Positions 19,193 through 28,886 of a DNA stretch of 64,000 bases are shown piece after piece. Within the stretch, counting starts at the first letter, position 1, and every line of letters begins with the position of its first letter. This DNA is from a bacterium. Lineage in GTDB: Bacteria; Patescibacteriota; Minisyncoccia; JACQLN01. The notes below the pieces were generated by a model, which saw only the letters and a program-made list of their open reading frames with translations, did no database searches and had not been told where the DNA came from. A program made the translations under genes and the position numbers. The stretch spans positions 11,831 to 75,830 of the forward strand of contig JAUYOV010000004.1 in assembly GCA_030697795.1 (NCBI GenBank), in the 5' to 3' direction.

Positions 19193-19654
19193 ATGAAACT
19201 ATACGAACTATATACTGTTTTAAAACCATCTTTAAACGAAGATGGTCTCAATAAATTTGTTTCCGAAACAACCGAGGCCATGGCTAAAGGCGGTTTTGGA
19301 ATCACATTTTCTAAAATAAAATTGGGAGAATATTTGCCGTACCCTATAAAGCACTGTATTCAAGGTCATACCGTAGATCTGGAACTTTCCGGCGCAGAAG
19401 AAAGTGTTTTTCCTCCAGAAATTGAAATTAAATTACGCCACAGCGAAAATATTTTGCGCTACCTGCTTTTAGCTAAATCAGAAAAAATGTTAAAGAAAAC
19501 AAAACCCTTGCCTGTTTTTGAAGCACGCCCATACAGAACCGAAAGAAGACAATTACCTGTTTTAGAAACTGCTCCGATAGTTGTACAAAAAGAACCGCCG
19601 GTAGAAATTAATACAGAAGAAGTTGATAAAAAAATAGAAGAATTACTTAAATAG
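19193..19654 (+). CDS. rpsF: 30S ribosomal protein S6
   Basis: MKLYELYTVLKP start; rpsF-ssb-rpsR synteny. Confidence 0.85.
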   Translation: MKLYELYTVLKPSLNEDGLNKFVSETTEAMAKGGFGITFSKIKLGEYLPYPIKHCIQGHTVDLELSGAEESVFPPEIEIKLRHSENILRYLLLAKSEKMLKKTKPLPVFEARPYRTERRQLPVLETAPIVVQKEPPVEINTEEVDKKIEELLK

Positions 19655-19699
19655 CAAGATTAGCTTATTAGATCGTTAGCTTCCTAGAAAATTCCTAGA

Positions 19700-19729
19700 A
19701 AGCTAAAAGCTAAAAGCTAAAAGCTAAAA
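19700..19729 (+). repeat. (GCTAAAA)x4 microsatellite directly abutting the ssb start codon
   Basis: Perfect heptamer tandem; no SD present. Confidence 0.8.
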
Positions 19730-20227
19730 ATGAATCTTAACAAAATATTTGTCCTGGGCAATTTAACCCGAGACCCCGAGGTGCGTTCTCTGCCATCGGG
19801 CGGAAGCGTGGCCAGTTTTGCGGTAGCCACCAATAGAGTTTGGAATGATAAAAACGGGCAAAAACAACAAGACACCCAATTTCATAATGTTGTTGTATTT
19901 GGCAAAATGGCCGACATCTGCGCTAAATATCTTAACAAAGGCAAAATGGTTTTGGTGGAAGGCAGAATCCAAAACCGCAGTTGGGATGCGCCAGATGGCA
20001 CAAAAAAATATAGAACCGAAATCGTCGCCGAAGGCATTCAATTAGGGCCAAAAACAGCTGGCGAAACAAGCGGAGCAAGTTTTACATCTAATAGGCCAGA
20101 TACTCCCGTAGCCAATAAACCACAAGGACAAAACCAAAAAGCCGCCTCGCAGAATGCGCGGGAAGAAAATATACCTATAATAGAACAGGATGCGGAAGAA
20201 GTTGATATTTCGGATATACCATTTTAA
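19730..20227 (+). CDS. ssb: Single-stranded DNA-binding protein
   Basis: OB-fold N-terminus, Gly/Gln-rich tail, C-terminal DIPF. Confidence 0.9.
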   Translation: MNLNKIFVLGNLTRDPEVRSLPSGGSVASFAVATNRVWNDKNGQKQQDTQFHNVVVFGKMADICAKYLNKGKMVLVEGRIQNRSWDAPDGTKKYRTEIVAEGIQLGPKTAGETSGASFTSNRPDTPVANKPQGQNQKAASQNAREENIPIIEQDAEEVDISDIPF

Positions 20228-20322
20228 ACTGGATACTGGAAAGTAGAAGATGGTAGGTAGAGAATGTGGGGGTCAAAGATTTTCTCTGACTATAATCTGC
20301 TTTCTACACTCTAAAAATCTAA

Positions 20323-20565
20323 ATGTATAAACCACATACCAAAAAACAAAAGGTAGAAAAAAAACAGTGCTATTTTTGCACCAACGATATTGACGTTGTG
20401 GATTTTAAAGAAGCGGCTGGGCTTAAAAGTTTTTTAACCCATCAATATAAAATCGCTTCTAGAACTCGTACCGGCAACTGTTCTAAGCACCAACGCCGAG
20501 TGGCTAATGCCATTAAGCGGGCTCGCATCGCCGGCTTACTGCCGTTTACGCAACATAAAAGGTAA
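20323..20565 (+). CDS. rpsR: 30S ribosomal protein S18
   Basis: CYFC...KHQRRVANAIKRAR. Confidence 0.9.
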   Translation: MYKPHTKKQKVEKKQCYFCTNDIDVVDFKEAAGLKSFLTHQYKIASRTRTGNCSKHQRRVANAIKRARIAGLLPFTQHKR

Positions 20566-20576
20566 GCTTAATAAGT

Positions 20577-20617
20577 AAAATCCCGCATCTTTTTTAGTTA
20601 AAAAGGTGCGGGATTTG
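20577..20617. terminator. Bidirectional terminator hairpin shared by convergent rpsR and the sigma gene
   Basis: CCCGCATCTTTTTT/AAAAAGGTGCGGG stem with T/A runs on both sides; near-identical copy at 32749-32786. Confidence 0.6.
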
Positions 20618-20628
20618 TTTACACGAGA

Positions 20629-21495
20629 TTAAAAAAGAACTTCTAATTTATTTCTAGCAAAATGAGATCGAAGTTTACCTAAAGCACGTTCTTTTAGTTG
20701 CCGAATTCTTTCCCTTGTCAGATTTATATTTTCGCCTATTTTTTCCAAAGTTTGAGGCTCGGCGCCGTCCAAACCATGATAACGTTTTATTATATAATAT
20801 TCTCTGTCGTTTAAACACTCTCTTACAGCAACAAGAATGGCATGGCTTCTCTCCTTAATTTCAATACTTTCATCTGGCAAAGGGTCATCATCTATCAGGT
20901 TATCCAAAAAAGTCATGTTGCCATCATCATTTACTTCGTAATTTAGAGAAATGGGTTTCTGTGATATTTCTCTTAGGTCATCTATATCTTCTTTAGTTTT
21001 TAGTTCGCTTTCCGAAAGAATTTCTTCTATTTTAGGAATCCGACCTAATACCTGAACCAAACTCGCTTCAAGTTTATTTAATCTGTCTAATTCACCAATC
21101 TTATTTAACGGCAAACGAACAATGCGCGCATGCTCCGCAAGAGTTTGGAGAATTCCTTGCCTTATCCACCAAACTGCGTAAGAAATAAACTTAAAGCCTT
21201 TGTTACCGTCAAACCTTTGAGCAGCTGTAATCAAACCGCTATTACCAGCTTGAATTAGATCGCTAAGAGGCAAACCCTTGTTAATATATTTCTTGGCCAC
21301 ATCCACCACAAAACGAAGATTATTCTTAATTAGTTCGTTTAAAGCCTCTTCATCTCCAAGCTTTATAAGCTTGGCAAGTTCTTGTTCCCTTTCCGCTGGA
21401 AGACCTCCAGAGTTTTCTATATCACGAAAATATATATGAAGAAGATCAGAATTACCATCAAAAACACCCTCAATTGGATCGTCCCCACGAGACAT
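20629..21495 (-). CDS. Alternative sigma-70 family sigma factor
   Basis: Regions 2 and 4 (YAVWWIRQGILQ..., LEKIGENINLTRERIRQLKERAL). Confidence 0.8.
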   Translation of the reverse strand: MSRGDDPIEGVFDGNSDLLHIYFRDIENSGGLPAEREQELAKLIKLGDEEALNELIKNNLRFVVDVAKKYINKGLPLSDLIQAGNSGLITAAQRFDGNKGFKFISYAVWWIRQGILQTLAEHARIVRLPLNKIGELDRLNKLEASLVQVLGRIPKIEEILSESELKTKEDIDDLREISQKPISLNYEVNDDGNMTFLDNLIDDDPLPDESIEIKERSHAILVAVRECLNDREYYIIKRYHGLDGAEPQTLEKIGENINLTRERIRQLKERALGKLRSHFARNKLEVLF

Positions 21496-21601
21496 ATTAA
21501 CCTCCTTTTATTAAAGAACTATCTTTGGAAACAATGCCTGCATCTTAAAATAAAATCAAGCTATAGTCAAAAGCCCTGATTATTCTCGGAGCTTTTTTGC
21601 T

Positions 21602-22633
21602 TTAGGCTATTTGAGTTTCTATAGACTTCTTTTTTATTTCTTCCACTATTTCACTCGAGATTTTAATATTTTCTTTTAAATAAGCTACCGAGGCTTCGGT
21701 GCCTTGCCCTATTTTTTGCCCAGCATATTGATACCACGAACCAGATTTATCTAAAACGCCCAAGCGAACGCCGGTATGCAAAATGTCGGCTAAAGAAGCA
21801 ATACCTTGATTATACATAAGGTCAAATTCGGCCTGCCTAAACGGCGCTGCCACTTTATTTTTTACTACTTTCACGCGCACGCGGTTGCCCACAATTTCTT
21901 CTTTACTTTTTAATTGAGCAATACGGCGAATATCCATTCTTATAGAAGAAAAAAACTTTAAAGCGTTGCCGCCCGGCGTGGTTTCGGGGTTGCCAAACAT
22001 AACACCAAGCTTCATACGAATTTGGTTTGTAAATATAACAGTGGTACCGCTTTTAGCCGCAATGTTCGTAAGCTTGCGTAGTGCTTTAGACATTAACCTG
22101 GCTTGCAAACCCATCTGCATATCGCCCATCTCGCCATCTATTTCGGCTTGTGGCGTTAAAGCCGCCACCGAATCTACCACCACCACGCCTACTCTGCCCG
22201 ATTTTACTAAAGCCTCTACTATATCCAGAGCCTGCTCACCATTATCCGGCTGTGAAATCAAAAGGTTATCTGTATTAACCCCAATTTTTTTGGCGTAGTC
22301 TGGATCAAGCGCATGTTCCGCATCCACGAAAGCTGTTAAACTGCCGCGCTTTTGGGCTTCGGCCACTATGTGCAAAGTTAAAGTTGTTTTGCCAGAACTT
22401 TCAGGGCCATAAATTTCTACTATTCTGCCTTTGGGTATGCCACCTACACCTAATGCTAAATCTAAAGATATGGAACCAGTTGGTATGGCTTCCACATCTA
22501 CTTTAGGCGCGTCGCCCAAAGCCATTATGGCACCCTCGCCAAAACGCTCTCTAATTTCTTTGACTGTTTCCTGCAAACCTTTAATTGATGATTTTACTGA
22601 AATATTTTCCTCTTGAGTTATTTTTTTAGCCAT
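21602..22633 (-). CDS. recA: Recombinase RecA
   Basis: GPESSGKTT Walker A, full-length RecA. Confidence 0.95.
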   Translation of the reverse strand: MAKKITQEENISVKSSIKGLQETVKEIRERFGEGAIMALGDAPKVDVEAIPTGSISLDLALGVGGIPKGRIVEIYGPESSGKTTLTLHIVAEAQKRGSLTAFVDAEHALDPDYAKKIGVNTDNLLISQPDNGEQALDIVEALVKSGRVGVVVVDSVAALTPQAEIDGEMGDMQMGLQARLMSKALRKLTNIAAKSGTTVIFTNQIRMKLGVMFGNPETTPGGNALKFFSSIRMDIRRIAQLKSKEEIVGNRVRVKVVKNKVAAPFRQAEFDLMYNQGIASLADILHTGVRLGVLDKSGSWYQYAGQKIGQGTEASVAYLKENIKISSEIVEEIKKKSIETQIA

Positions 22634-22791
22634 ACTTACTAAATTTCGAAATTCGAATATCGAAATCCGAAACCCTACTTCGCTAAAGCTTCGTAGGGCA
22701 CAGCAATATCACTTATTTGGATTTGCTTGCCCGCCGTAGTTTTAACAGAGGCGGGTTTCGAATTTCTGATTTCGTGCTTCGAATTTTATTT

Positions 22792-23451
22792 TTAAGGATT
22801 ATAAGTTACGCGTTTAATTTCTTTATTTTCTTTTCCAAATCTGCTAACTGCTTTTATTTCGAATGTATTAATACCATTGAGCAACTCTATCTCTTTAACG
22901 AACGAGCCGTCTTCACCCGCAAAAATCGTTTCATTATTTATTGTTAAAACCGAATCCCGCGAAACCTTACCCTTAAATTCTAGCTTGGGATTATCCACAA
23001 TAGTATCGCTTTCAGTAGGATAGTTCAAATTTAAATCTGGTTTTTCTAGAATAACTTTAAACTGCCAGCCAATATAAAATAGCACAAAAACACCGACAGT
23101 ACCCAAAACAAGCCATCTAAAAGAAACTTGTTTTAAGAAATTTAGGCGGTTTAATATTTTATTTTTTGGTTTAGGCAAATCAACATAGCAAATTTGCTGC
23201 CACTCGTTTTCATAACGCAAAGCTAGCTCGTTTTCGTCTAGACCCACCACTTGAGCATATTTTTTTAAAAAACCTTTTACATAAACTCCCGAAGGCAAAT
23301 CGCACCACTCGCCTTTTTCAATTTTTTTTAAGTGCTTGGCCGGAATACCGGTCCTGGCTACTAAATCGCCAAAGCGAATTTTTAAAAACAGCCTACGTTC
23401 TGTAAGATAATCATTTAGTTTAAGATTGTCTTTGGTATAAGCGATGGGCAC
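22792..23451 (-). CDS. RodZ-like HTH (XRE) membrane protein
   Basis: N-terminal Cro/C1-type HTH, single TM, C-terminal beta-rich domain. Confidence 0.5.
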   Translation of the reverse strand: MPIAYTKDNLKLNDYLTERRLFLKIRFGDLVARTGIPAKHLKKIEKGEWCDLPSGVYVKGFLKKYAQVVGLDENELALRYENEWQQICYVDLPKPKNKILNRLNFLKQVSFRWLVLGTVGVFVLFYIGWQFKVILEKPDLNLNYPTESDTIVDNPKLEFKGKVSRDSVLTINNETIFAGEDGSFVKEIELLNGINTFEIKAVSRFGKENKEIKRVTYNP

Positions 23452-23604
23452 GTTACAAAATTAAAATTTAAATATAAAAATTAAAAATTATCGAGAAACT
23501 ATAAGATCAGACTAGCATCACAGAGACTAAGTATCAAGATAAACCTTATAAACTTTTCAAATATATTGTTAACACTTTTTGCCCGATCGAGGGGTGGTTG
23601 TTAA

Positions 23605-23645
23605 CAATAAAAAACCACTCTTCGATTAGACTCAGAGTGGTTTTA
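23605..23645 (-). terminator. Rho-independent terminator after ftsK
   Basis: AAAACCACTCT...AGAGTGGTTTT hairpin plus U-run. Confidence 0.55.
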
Positions 23646-23653
23646 AAAAACTA

Positions 23654-26044
23654 TTAGGAAAAATTTTCTTTGTTTTCCTCTTCTGTGTGTATATCTATAG
23701 CTTCTGGTGGAACTTCTGATTTTACTAAAACCTCTCTAGGTTTAGCCCCTTCACCGGGACCAATCATGCCTTGAGCTTCTAGAATATCGAGTAATCTTGC
23801 GGCGCGGGCGTAGCCGACTCTTAATCGTCTCTGGAGTAAAGAAGCCGAAGCTTTACCAGCCTGCATAATAGCTTCTTTGGCTTGGAGTAAAAGTTCATCT
23901 TCGTCACTAGAATCCATTTTATCAAAACTTACACCGGTAAGTATTGGTCTATGATCTGAGACAGCTTTTTCCAAACCAAGCGCTTCTTCTGGATTAGCAT
24001 CAGGCGCGTCTTCGGGTAGATTAGATCTTATAAACGAAACAACTTTTTTAACTTCTTTTTCCGAAACAAAAGTGCCTTGAATACGTTTGGGCTTGGGCGA
24101 ATCAGAAGTTACAAAAAGCATATCGCCCATGCCTAAAAGTTTTTCGGCGCCAGCCGAATCTATAATTGTCCGTGAATCTATTTGCGAAGCCACCGCAAAA
24201 GCTATGCGCGTGGTAATGTTAGCTTTAATTAAACCCGTAATAACTTCTACCGAGGGCCGCTGTGTGGCTAAAACCAAATGTATGCCCACCGCCCGCGCCA
24301 TCTGCGCTAAACGCACTACTGTAGCTTCTATTTCACGCCCGTAAGTAGACATTAAGTCGGCCAGTTCATCTATAATGATAACCAAATAAGGCATTAAATC
24401 GTCGCCTTTTTTAGCATCAACTTGAGAATTAAAACCGCCAATATCTCTAACTTTTTTTTCGGAAAGCAGGCTATATCTTCTTTCCATTTCTGAAGTCGCC
24501 CATTTTAAAGCCGACACCGCTTTTTTAGGCTCTACTATAACTGGGGTTAAAAGATGCGGAATACCATTATACAAAGTTAATTCAACTCTTTTAGGATCAA
24601 TCATTATAAAGCGTAAAATTTCTGGCGAATGTTGATACAGCAAATTAACAATTAACGAATTTATGGCTACGCTTTTACCCGAACCCGTGGCGCCCGCAAT
24701 AAGCAGATGAGGCATTCTGGTTAAAGCCGACCACATCGACCGGCCAGAAACATCTTTGCCTAAACCAATATTTAAAAAGTTTTTATGCTCCGAAGCCTCA
24801 AAACCCTGAAGCAAAGCTTTTAAACGCACCACCATAGATTTTTGATTGGGTATTTCTATGCCCACTAAAGATTTTCCCGGAATCGGCGCTTCTATTCTTA
24901 AAGATTCTCCGCCTAGGGCTAAAGATAAATCTTTTTGCAAAGCTAATATGCTAGCCAGTTTGACTCCAGTGGCTGGTTTTAAAGTAAACTGGGTTACCGC
25001 AGGGCCAATATTAACTTCCGACATTTCTACCGGAATATTAAAATTCTCTAAAGTTTTCTGAATAATTATGGCATTGCCCTTAATGTCGCCCGTCACCGGC
25101 ATAGAGCCTTCGTCTTCTAATAAATCTAATGGTGGAAATTTATAGTTAACGGAAAGTGGCAACACACTAAATCCGCTCGCCATATTTTCTTGTTTCTTTT
25201 TTGAAACCTCATCTGACTTGGCCATTACTGACGTACCTTGAGGAGAATTTATAGTGACAGTGTCTTCAGCCGGTTTGGGCGCTTCAACTTTTTTAGCGGT
25301 TTGAGGTAGTTTAGCTTTGCTGGCTAACGTTGCAATTTTAGTTACTAAACCTTTTTCTAAAACTAATTTTTTTTCTGGAATCATTTCGCCATTTTCGTCC
25401 GCCTTAAAAACAAATTTTTCTTTTATTTGATCTTTCAAAGGCAAACGAAAAACAATCAACATAGCCGAAAAGAAAAACGCCACAAAAAATATTAAAGAAC
25501 CCCAAAAACCAAACATCTGCCTAAACGGCCAGCCAAAATAATAACCCATTTTACCGCCAGCCTGATTTTGCGAAAATATTTCCATCAAGCCCAAAAAACT
25601 TAAAATTAGAACACTGCCCCCGATTATAGTGGAACCTAATATTTTTTTCTTGTCGGAAGTTAAAATAAAAAACGACATTAAAAACATCGTTAAAGGCACA
25701 AAGAAACTACCGGAACCAAACATATAATCGGCACCGGCTGTAATGGCTTCGGAAAAAGATCCCGACAAGCCAAAGAAAGCTAAGGTAGTTACCAAAGCCA
25801 CAGCCAGCAAAAGAACGCCCACTACGCTTCTTTTAACGCTTGATTCTAAATGGAGCCAAGAAGTTGTTCTTTTTGGCTTTTTTACTTGAGATTTTTTAAG
25901 ATTTTTAATATCCTCCTTTTCTTTTTCAGCAGGCATTAGGTTTAATCTATTACTAGAAAATAATAACATACAAAAAAGCCAAATAACAACAACGTTTTTC
26001 AGGAAGGGCGGTCCTTCCGATAGATTTCCTGCTATTTTTGGCAA
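23654..26044 (-). CDS. ftsK: DNA translocase FtsK/SpoIIIE; true start downstream of the ORF-track start, whose first codons overlap a REP
   Basis: GATGSGKS Walker A, C-terminal gamma wHTH domain, N-terminal TM segments. Confidence 0.9.
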   Translation of the reverse strand: MPKIAGNLSEGPPFLKNVVVIWLFCMLLFSSNRLNLMPAEKEKEDIKNLKKSQVKKPKRTTSWLHLESSVKRSVVGVLLLAVALVTTLAFFGLSGSFSEAITAGADYMFGSGSFFVPLTMFLMSFFILTSDKKKILGSTIIGGSVLILSFLGLMEIFSQNQAGGKMGYYFGWPFRQMFGFWGSLIFFVAFFFSAMLIVFRLPLKDQIKEKFVFKADENGEMIPEKKLVLEKGLVTKIATLASKAKLPQTAKKVEAPKPAEDTVTINSPQGTSVMAKSDEVSKKKQENMASGFSVLPLSVNYKFPPLDLLEDEGSMPVTGDIKGNAIIIQKTLENFNIPVEMSEVNIGPAVTQFTLKPATGVKLASILALQKDLSLALGGESLRIEAPIPGKSLVGIEIPNQKSMVVRLKALLQGFEASEHKNFLNIGLGKDVSGRSMWSALTRMPHLLIAGATGSGKSVAINSLIVNLLYQHSPEILRFIMIDPKRVELTLYNGIPHLLTPVIVEPKKAVSALKWATSEMERRYSLLSEKKVRDIGGFNSQVDAKKGDDLMPYLVIIIDELADLMSTYGREIEATVVRLAQMARAVGIHLVLATQRPSVEVITGLIKANITTRIAFAVASQIDSRTIIDSAGAEKLLGMGDMLFVTSDSPKPKRIQGTFVSEKEVKKVVSFIRSNLPEDAPDANPEEALGLEKAVSDHRPILTGVSFDKMDSSDEDELLLQAKEAIMQAGKASASLLQRRLRVGYARAARLLDILEAQGMIGPGEGAKPREVLVKSEVPPEAIDIHTEEENKENFS
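26000..26032. repeat. REP1 palindrome CAGGAAGGGCGGTCCTTCCGATAGATTTCCTGC at the 3' end of RAYT-1
   Basis: Further copies at 26526-26542 (inside RAYT-1), 26735-26750, 59691-59722; related sequence inside the helicase CDS at 12909-12941. Confidence 0.8.
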
Positions 26045-26706
26045 TCTTTATAGGAAAGCCAATCAAGAATAAAATCATCAAAGTCCTTTACACCGTCGAA
26101 ATAATCTGGAAAAGCTTTTTTGTTGATAATTTTTTGCTCTAATCTTTGAACACCTACATAATCAAGATAACTGGAATAATTATAACCATTTAAAAAATTT
26201 TGGGCCGCTAATTTATTTTTAATACCAGTTTCTTTCCAGTTAGGTTCAATCAACTTAATAGAATTTAAGTGTGTATAGGCAAAAATATATTTCAGATATT
26301 CATCTCTTTCAATATGTTTTGCTTGAAACCTTCCCTGAAATAAAGAACCGCTACGATCATGTCTTTTATTGAAATACATGGAATAACCGGTGGATACTTT
26401 TCCCATAAATTTAGAGAGTCCACCTTCTACAGTTTCTCTTGCAAGTAAATGGAAATGATTCGGCATTAATACATGTGCGCCTAAAGCAGTAATATCATCG
26501 CCAGTATTTACATCAAAAATATCTGGGAAGGACCGCCCTTCCAAAAGAAGCTCATTGATATCTACACGGTCATTGTTATTACAAAGATAAAGGAGCATCA
26601 AAAAACGTCTATATTCGCCTGTAGATTCAAATATAGTCCTCTTATCCACACCTCGATTGTAGATATGATAATATTCCCCTACAGAGAAAGTGAATTTACG
26701 TTGCAT
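26032..26706 (-). CDS. REP-associated tyrosine transposase (RAYT; IS200-like HuH Y1 transposase), copy 1
   Basis: GEYYHIYNRGV, HuH motif LMPNHFHLL, catalytic-Tyr helix region; flanked by REP1 palindromes. Confidence 0.7.
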   Translation of the reverse strand: MQRKFTFSVGEYYHIYNRGVDKRTIFESTGEYRRFLMLLYLCNNNDRVDINELLLEGRSFPDIFDVNTGDDITALGAHVLMPNHFHLLARETVEGGLSKFMGKVSTGYSMYFNKRHDRSGSLFQGRFQAKHIERDEYLKYIFAYTHLNSIKLIEPNWKETGIKNKLAAQNFLNGYNYSSYLDYVGVQRLEQKIINKKAFPDYFDGVKDFDDFILDWLSYKDCQK

Positions 26707-26766
26707 TCAATAATTATAATTCCTTAGGGTATTTATCGGAAGGGCGGTCCTTTTTAGGCCTAGGGT

Positions 26767-26795
26767 TTGACACAGGATTGGCTATGGTTTAGACT
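26767..26795 (+). promoter_or_regulatory. Putative sigma-70 promoter (TTGACA-N17-TAGACT) for the tRNA cluster, followed by a 15-nt tandem direct repeat at 26806-26835
   Basis: Hexamer match only; weak -10. Confidence 0.3.
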
Positions 26796-26840
26796 GATTT
26801 TTACTGTTCTTCATGATAAAGTTCTTCATGATAAATAAGT

Positions 26841-26918
26841 GTCGGGGGTAGCTCAATTGGTCAGAGCGGCTGACTGTGGATCAGACTGTGTCGGTTCAAA
26901 CCCGGCTCCCCGGCACCA
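26841..26918 (+). tRNA. tRNA-His (anticodon GTG) with G-1:C73
   Basis: Manual cloverleaf: G-1, acceptor TCGGGGG/TCCCCGG, D-arm GCTC/GAGC, anticodon loop CTGTGGA, T-arm GTCGG-TTCAAAC-CCGGC. Confidence 0.7.
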
Positions 26919-26927
26919 AAATTTAAT

Positions 26928-27013
26928 GGGCGTGCGGCTGAAAGGACTCCTCTGGACAGTTGGAGAAATCCGATTGAAGCTGGTGTCAGGAAATCCAGTC
27001 ACGCCCACCAATC
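26928..27013 (+). other. tRNA-like element (perfect 7-bp acceptor-type stem GGGCGTG/CACGCCC, terminal ACCA) with no canonical cloverleaf
   Basis: 86 nt between the two tRNAs. Possible degenerate class-II tRNA or tRNA-derived structured RNA; identity unresolved. Confidence 0.3.
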
Positions 27014-27017
27014 GTGT

Positions 27018-27123
27018 TCCGCGGTAACTCAGAGTGCTGACTTAAGGGCCGCAAGCCCCGGCCGGTTAGAGTGCCTAGCTGATAACTAGGAGGTCGTTGG
27101 TTCGAATCCAACCCGCGGAGCCA
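27018..27123 (+). tRNA. tRNA-Ile (anticodon GAT) carrying a ~31-nt hairpin insertion in the D-loop
   Basis: Acceptor TCCGCGG/CCGCGGA, D-stem ACTC/GAGT, anticodon arm CCTAG-CTGATAA-CTAGG, T-arm GTTGG-TTCGAAT-CCAAC, G73-CCA. Insert 27033-27063 AGTGCTGACTTAAGGGCCGCAAGCCCCGGCC. Confidence 0.5.
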
Positions 27124-27127
27124 AAAA

Positions 27128-27162
27128 CAAATCCCGCTTAGGCAAAAACGCCAAGCGGGATT
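27128..27162 (+). terminator. Rho-independent terminator after the tRNA cluster
   Basis: AAATCCCGCTTAGGC...GCCAAGCGGGATTT hairpin plus T-run. Confidence 0.6.
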
Positions 27163-27621
27163 TTATATTTTTTCTAACCATTTTTCTTTACCACAAACTA
27201 GGCAGATGACTCCGTGCAAAGCCTCTGATTGATTTTCTACTTCCCAAATCACAGATCTTGATACTGGAAGATTTATCTTTGCCGTATAACCTAAAAGTAG
27301 GGTCTGATTCTGTCTAACAAAATCAACTATACTCATAACACCAAGCTTAATCGCTTCAAAAAAGAATCCAGAAATAAAATCGGTGCGTGCGCCATAATTA
27401 ACTTCAGATTCCCAAACAAAGACATTCTCTTTTAGTTGAAAAAAAATAAGAGGTAATGAGTCTTTAAAAATAACTGCTCCTGGCGGAGCATCTTCTGGAG
27501 TATTTGCTATAAAAGTAAAAACCCTATTAACTATATCCATCTCCGGAAAATTAATAATGATCACGCCAGTATATTCTCTAGATATTTTTGTAACAGTAGA
27601 AATGTCCAGCAATAGAGACAT
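27163..27621 (-). CDS. Hypothetical protein
   Basis: ORF only. Confidence 0.4.
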   Translation of the reverse strand: MSLLLDISTVTKISREYTGVIIINFPEMDIVNRVFTFIANTPEDAPPGAVIFKDSLPLIFFQLKENVFVWESEVNYGARTDFISGFFFEAIKLGVMSIVDFVRQNQTLLLGYTAKINLPVSRSVIWEVENQSEALHGVICLVCGKEKWLEKI

Positions 27622-27657
27622 GGCCTGCCTTCTTTCTTTTTGTTTTAAAGAACAAAA

Positions 27658-28128
27658 TTATTTGTACACTTTTATAAACTTTAAAATTCTGGCTTCGTCG
27701 TAATAATCAAATTTATCTAACCTACCCCAAGCTGTTAAAGCAATAAGCTTGTCGTTGTTCGTTCTTGGGGTCAAAACCACACCTGTTTTGTATTTGGCCA
27801 CAATATTTTTTAAACTATCAATAATTTCTGGCGGGGCATCAGGGTGATAAGAAATCCAAACACCGCCAGCCACCAAGTTAGCTATTAAAGTTTGATCCGG
27901 CAATTCCTCGGTATAAACCCCCCAGTTAGCTTTATCGGCATAATGCCAACCAGAAACAGGCGGGCTGGTAAGATATATTCCCGGTAAAGGTTCGCCCGGT
28001 TTTATAACTTCGTTAGGTTGAATAGGTACAGCTTCGCCTGGTTTTTCTGAAGGTGATTTGATAAACCAAAAAATACCTAGGCCGGTTAATAAAACTATTA
28101 CTAAAATTGTGATTCTTTTTCTGCTCAC
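27658..28128 (-). CDS. Membrane-anchored DUF3105-like protein
   Basis: N-terminal TM; domain resemblance only. Confidence 0.45.
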   Translation of the reverse strand: MSRKRITILVIVLLTGLGIFWFIKSPSEKPGEAVPIQPNEVIKPGEPLPGIYLTSPPVSGWHYADKANWGVYTEELPDQTLIANLVAGGVWISYHPDAPPEIIDSLKNIVAKYKTGVVLTPRTNNDKLIALTAWGRLDKFDYYDEARILKFIKVYK

Positions 28129-28132
28129 TAAA

Positions 28133-28828
28133 TTATTTTAAATATTTATCTATAGCAACCTTAAACTGAGCAAATGGGTTTGATCTATCCACCCCCACAA
28201 CTAACTCTCCATTTATAAACGTTGCTGGCGTACCAGAAACACCAACTGAACGACCATAATCTGTATCATCTTTAACGGCTTGGGTATATTTTCCAGTATC
28301 CAAACAAGAATCAAATTCCTCGCTGTTAAAACCTAACTCGCTCGCAAATTTTTTTAAATTTTCTTTACTAAAAGCGCCCTCGTTTTCGCCTTTTTGCCTA
28401 TTTAATAATAGGTCGTGATATTGCCAAAACTTGCCTTGATCGTTAGCGCATCTAGCCGCTTCAGCCGCCCAAAAAGATTCTGGACCCAAAAAAGCGAAAT
28501 CGCGCCATTGCATCTTGGCTTGGCCATTCTTTATATATTGTTCGCGTAATATGGGTTCTACATCCTTAAAAAAGAATCCGCAAAAAGGGCACTGATAATC
28601 GGCAAATTCAATAATAGTTATCTTGGCTTTTTCGTCTCCCAATACAGGCAAATTGCCTAATTCAACTTTAACCGGTTTTGCGCCAATTTGGGCTGTAGTA
28701 TCAACATTACCCGTACCCCTAAACCAAACCGCGCCAGCCACCAAAAGACCGGCTACTACAATAGATATGGGAATAGATAAAGAACTTTTTAAAGGAGATG
28801 TGTTGTTTGTTTCTTGTTGTGGTTCCAT
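28133..28828 (-). CDS. DsbA-family thiol:disulfide oxidoreductase
   Basis: CPFCGFF CxxC thioredoxin fold, N-terminal TM. Confidence 0.75.
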   Translation of the reverse strand: MEPQQETNNTSPLKSSLSIPISIVVAGLLVAGAVWFRGTGNVDTTAQIGAKPVKVELGNLPVLGDEKAKITIIEFADYQCPFCGFFFKDVEPILREQYIKNGQAKMQWRDFAFLGPESFWAAEAARCANDQGKFWQYHDLLLNRQKGENEGAFSKENLKKFASELGFNSEEFDSCLDTGKYTQAVKDDTDYGRSVGVSGTPATFINGELVVGVDRSNPFAQFKVAIDKYLK

Positions 28829-28886
28829 ATTAATGAAATATTTTAATTATTTAGAAATCTTAGCAGGAAAAAATATAAATAAGCAA

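Noticed and set aside
19700-19729. Possible CRISPR array from the (GCTAAAA)n and various palindromic repeats
   Set aside because: Repeats are simple tandem heptamers or isolated palindromes without regularly spaced unique spacers. There are no cas1 or cas effector genes, and the PaaX-like Cas2-fold proteins are lone regulators.
26839-27027. 62-aa ORF
   Set aside because: Covers tRNA-His and the tRNA-like element; not coding.
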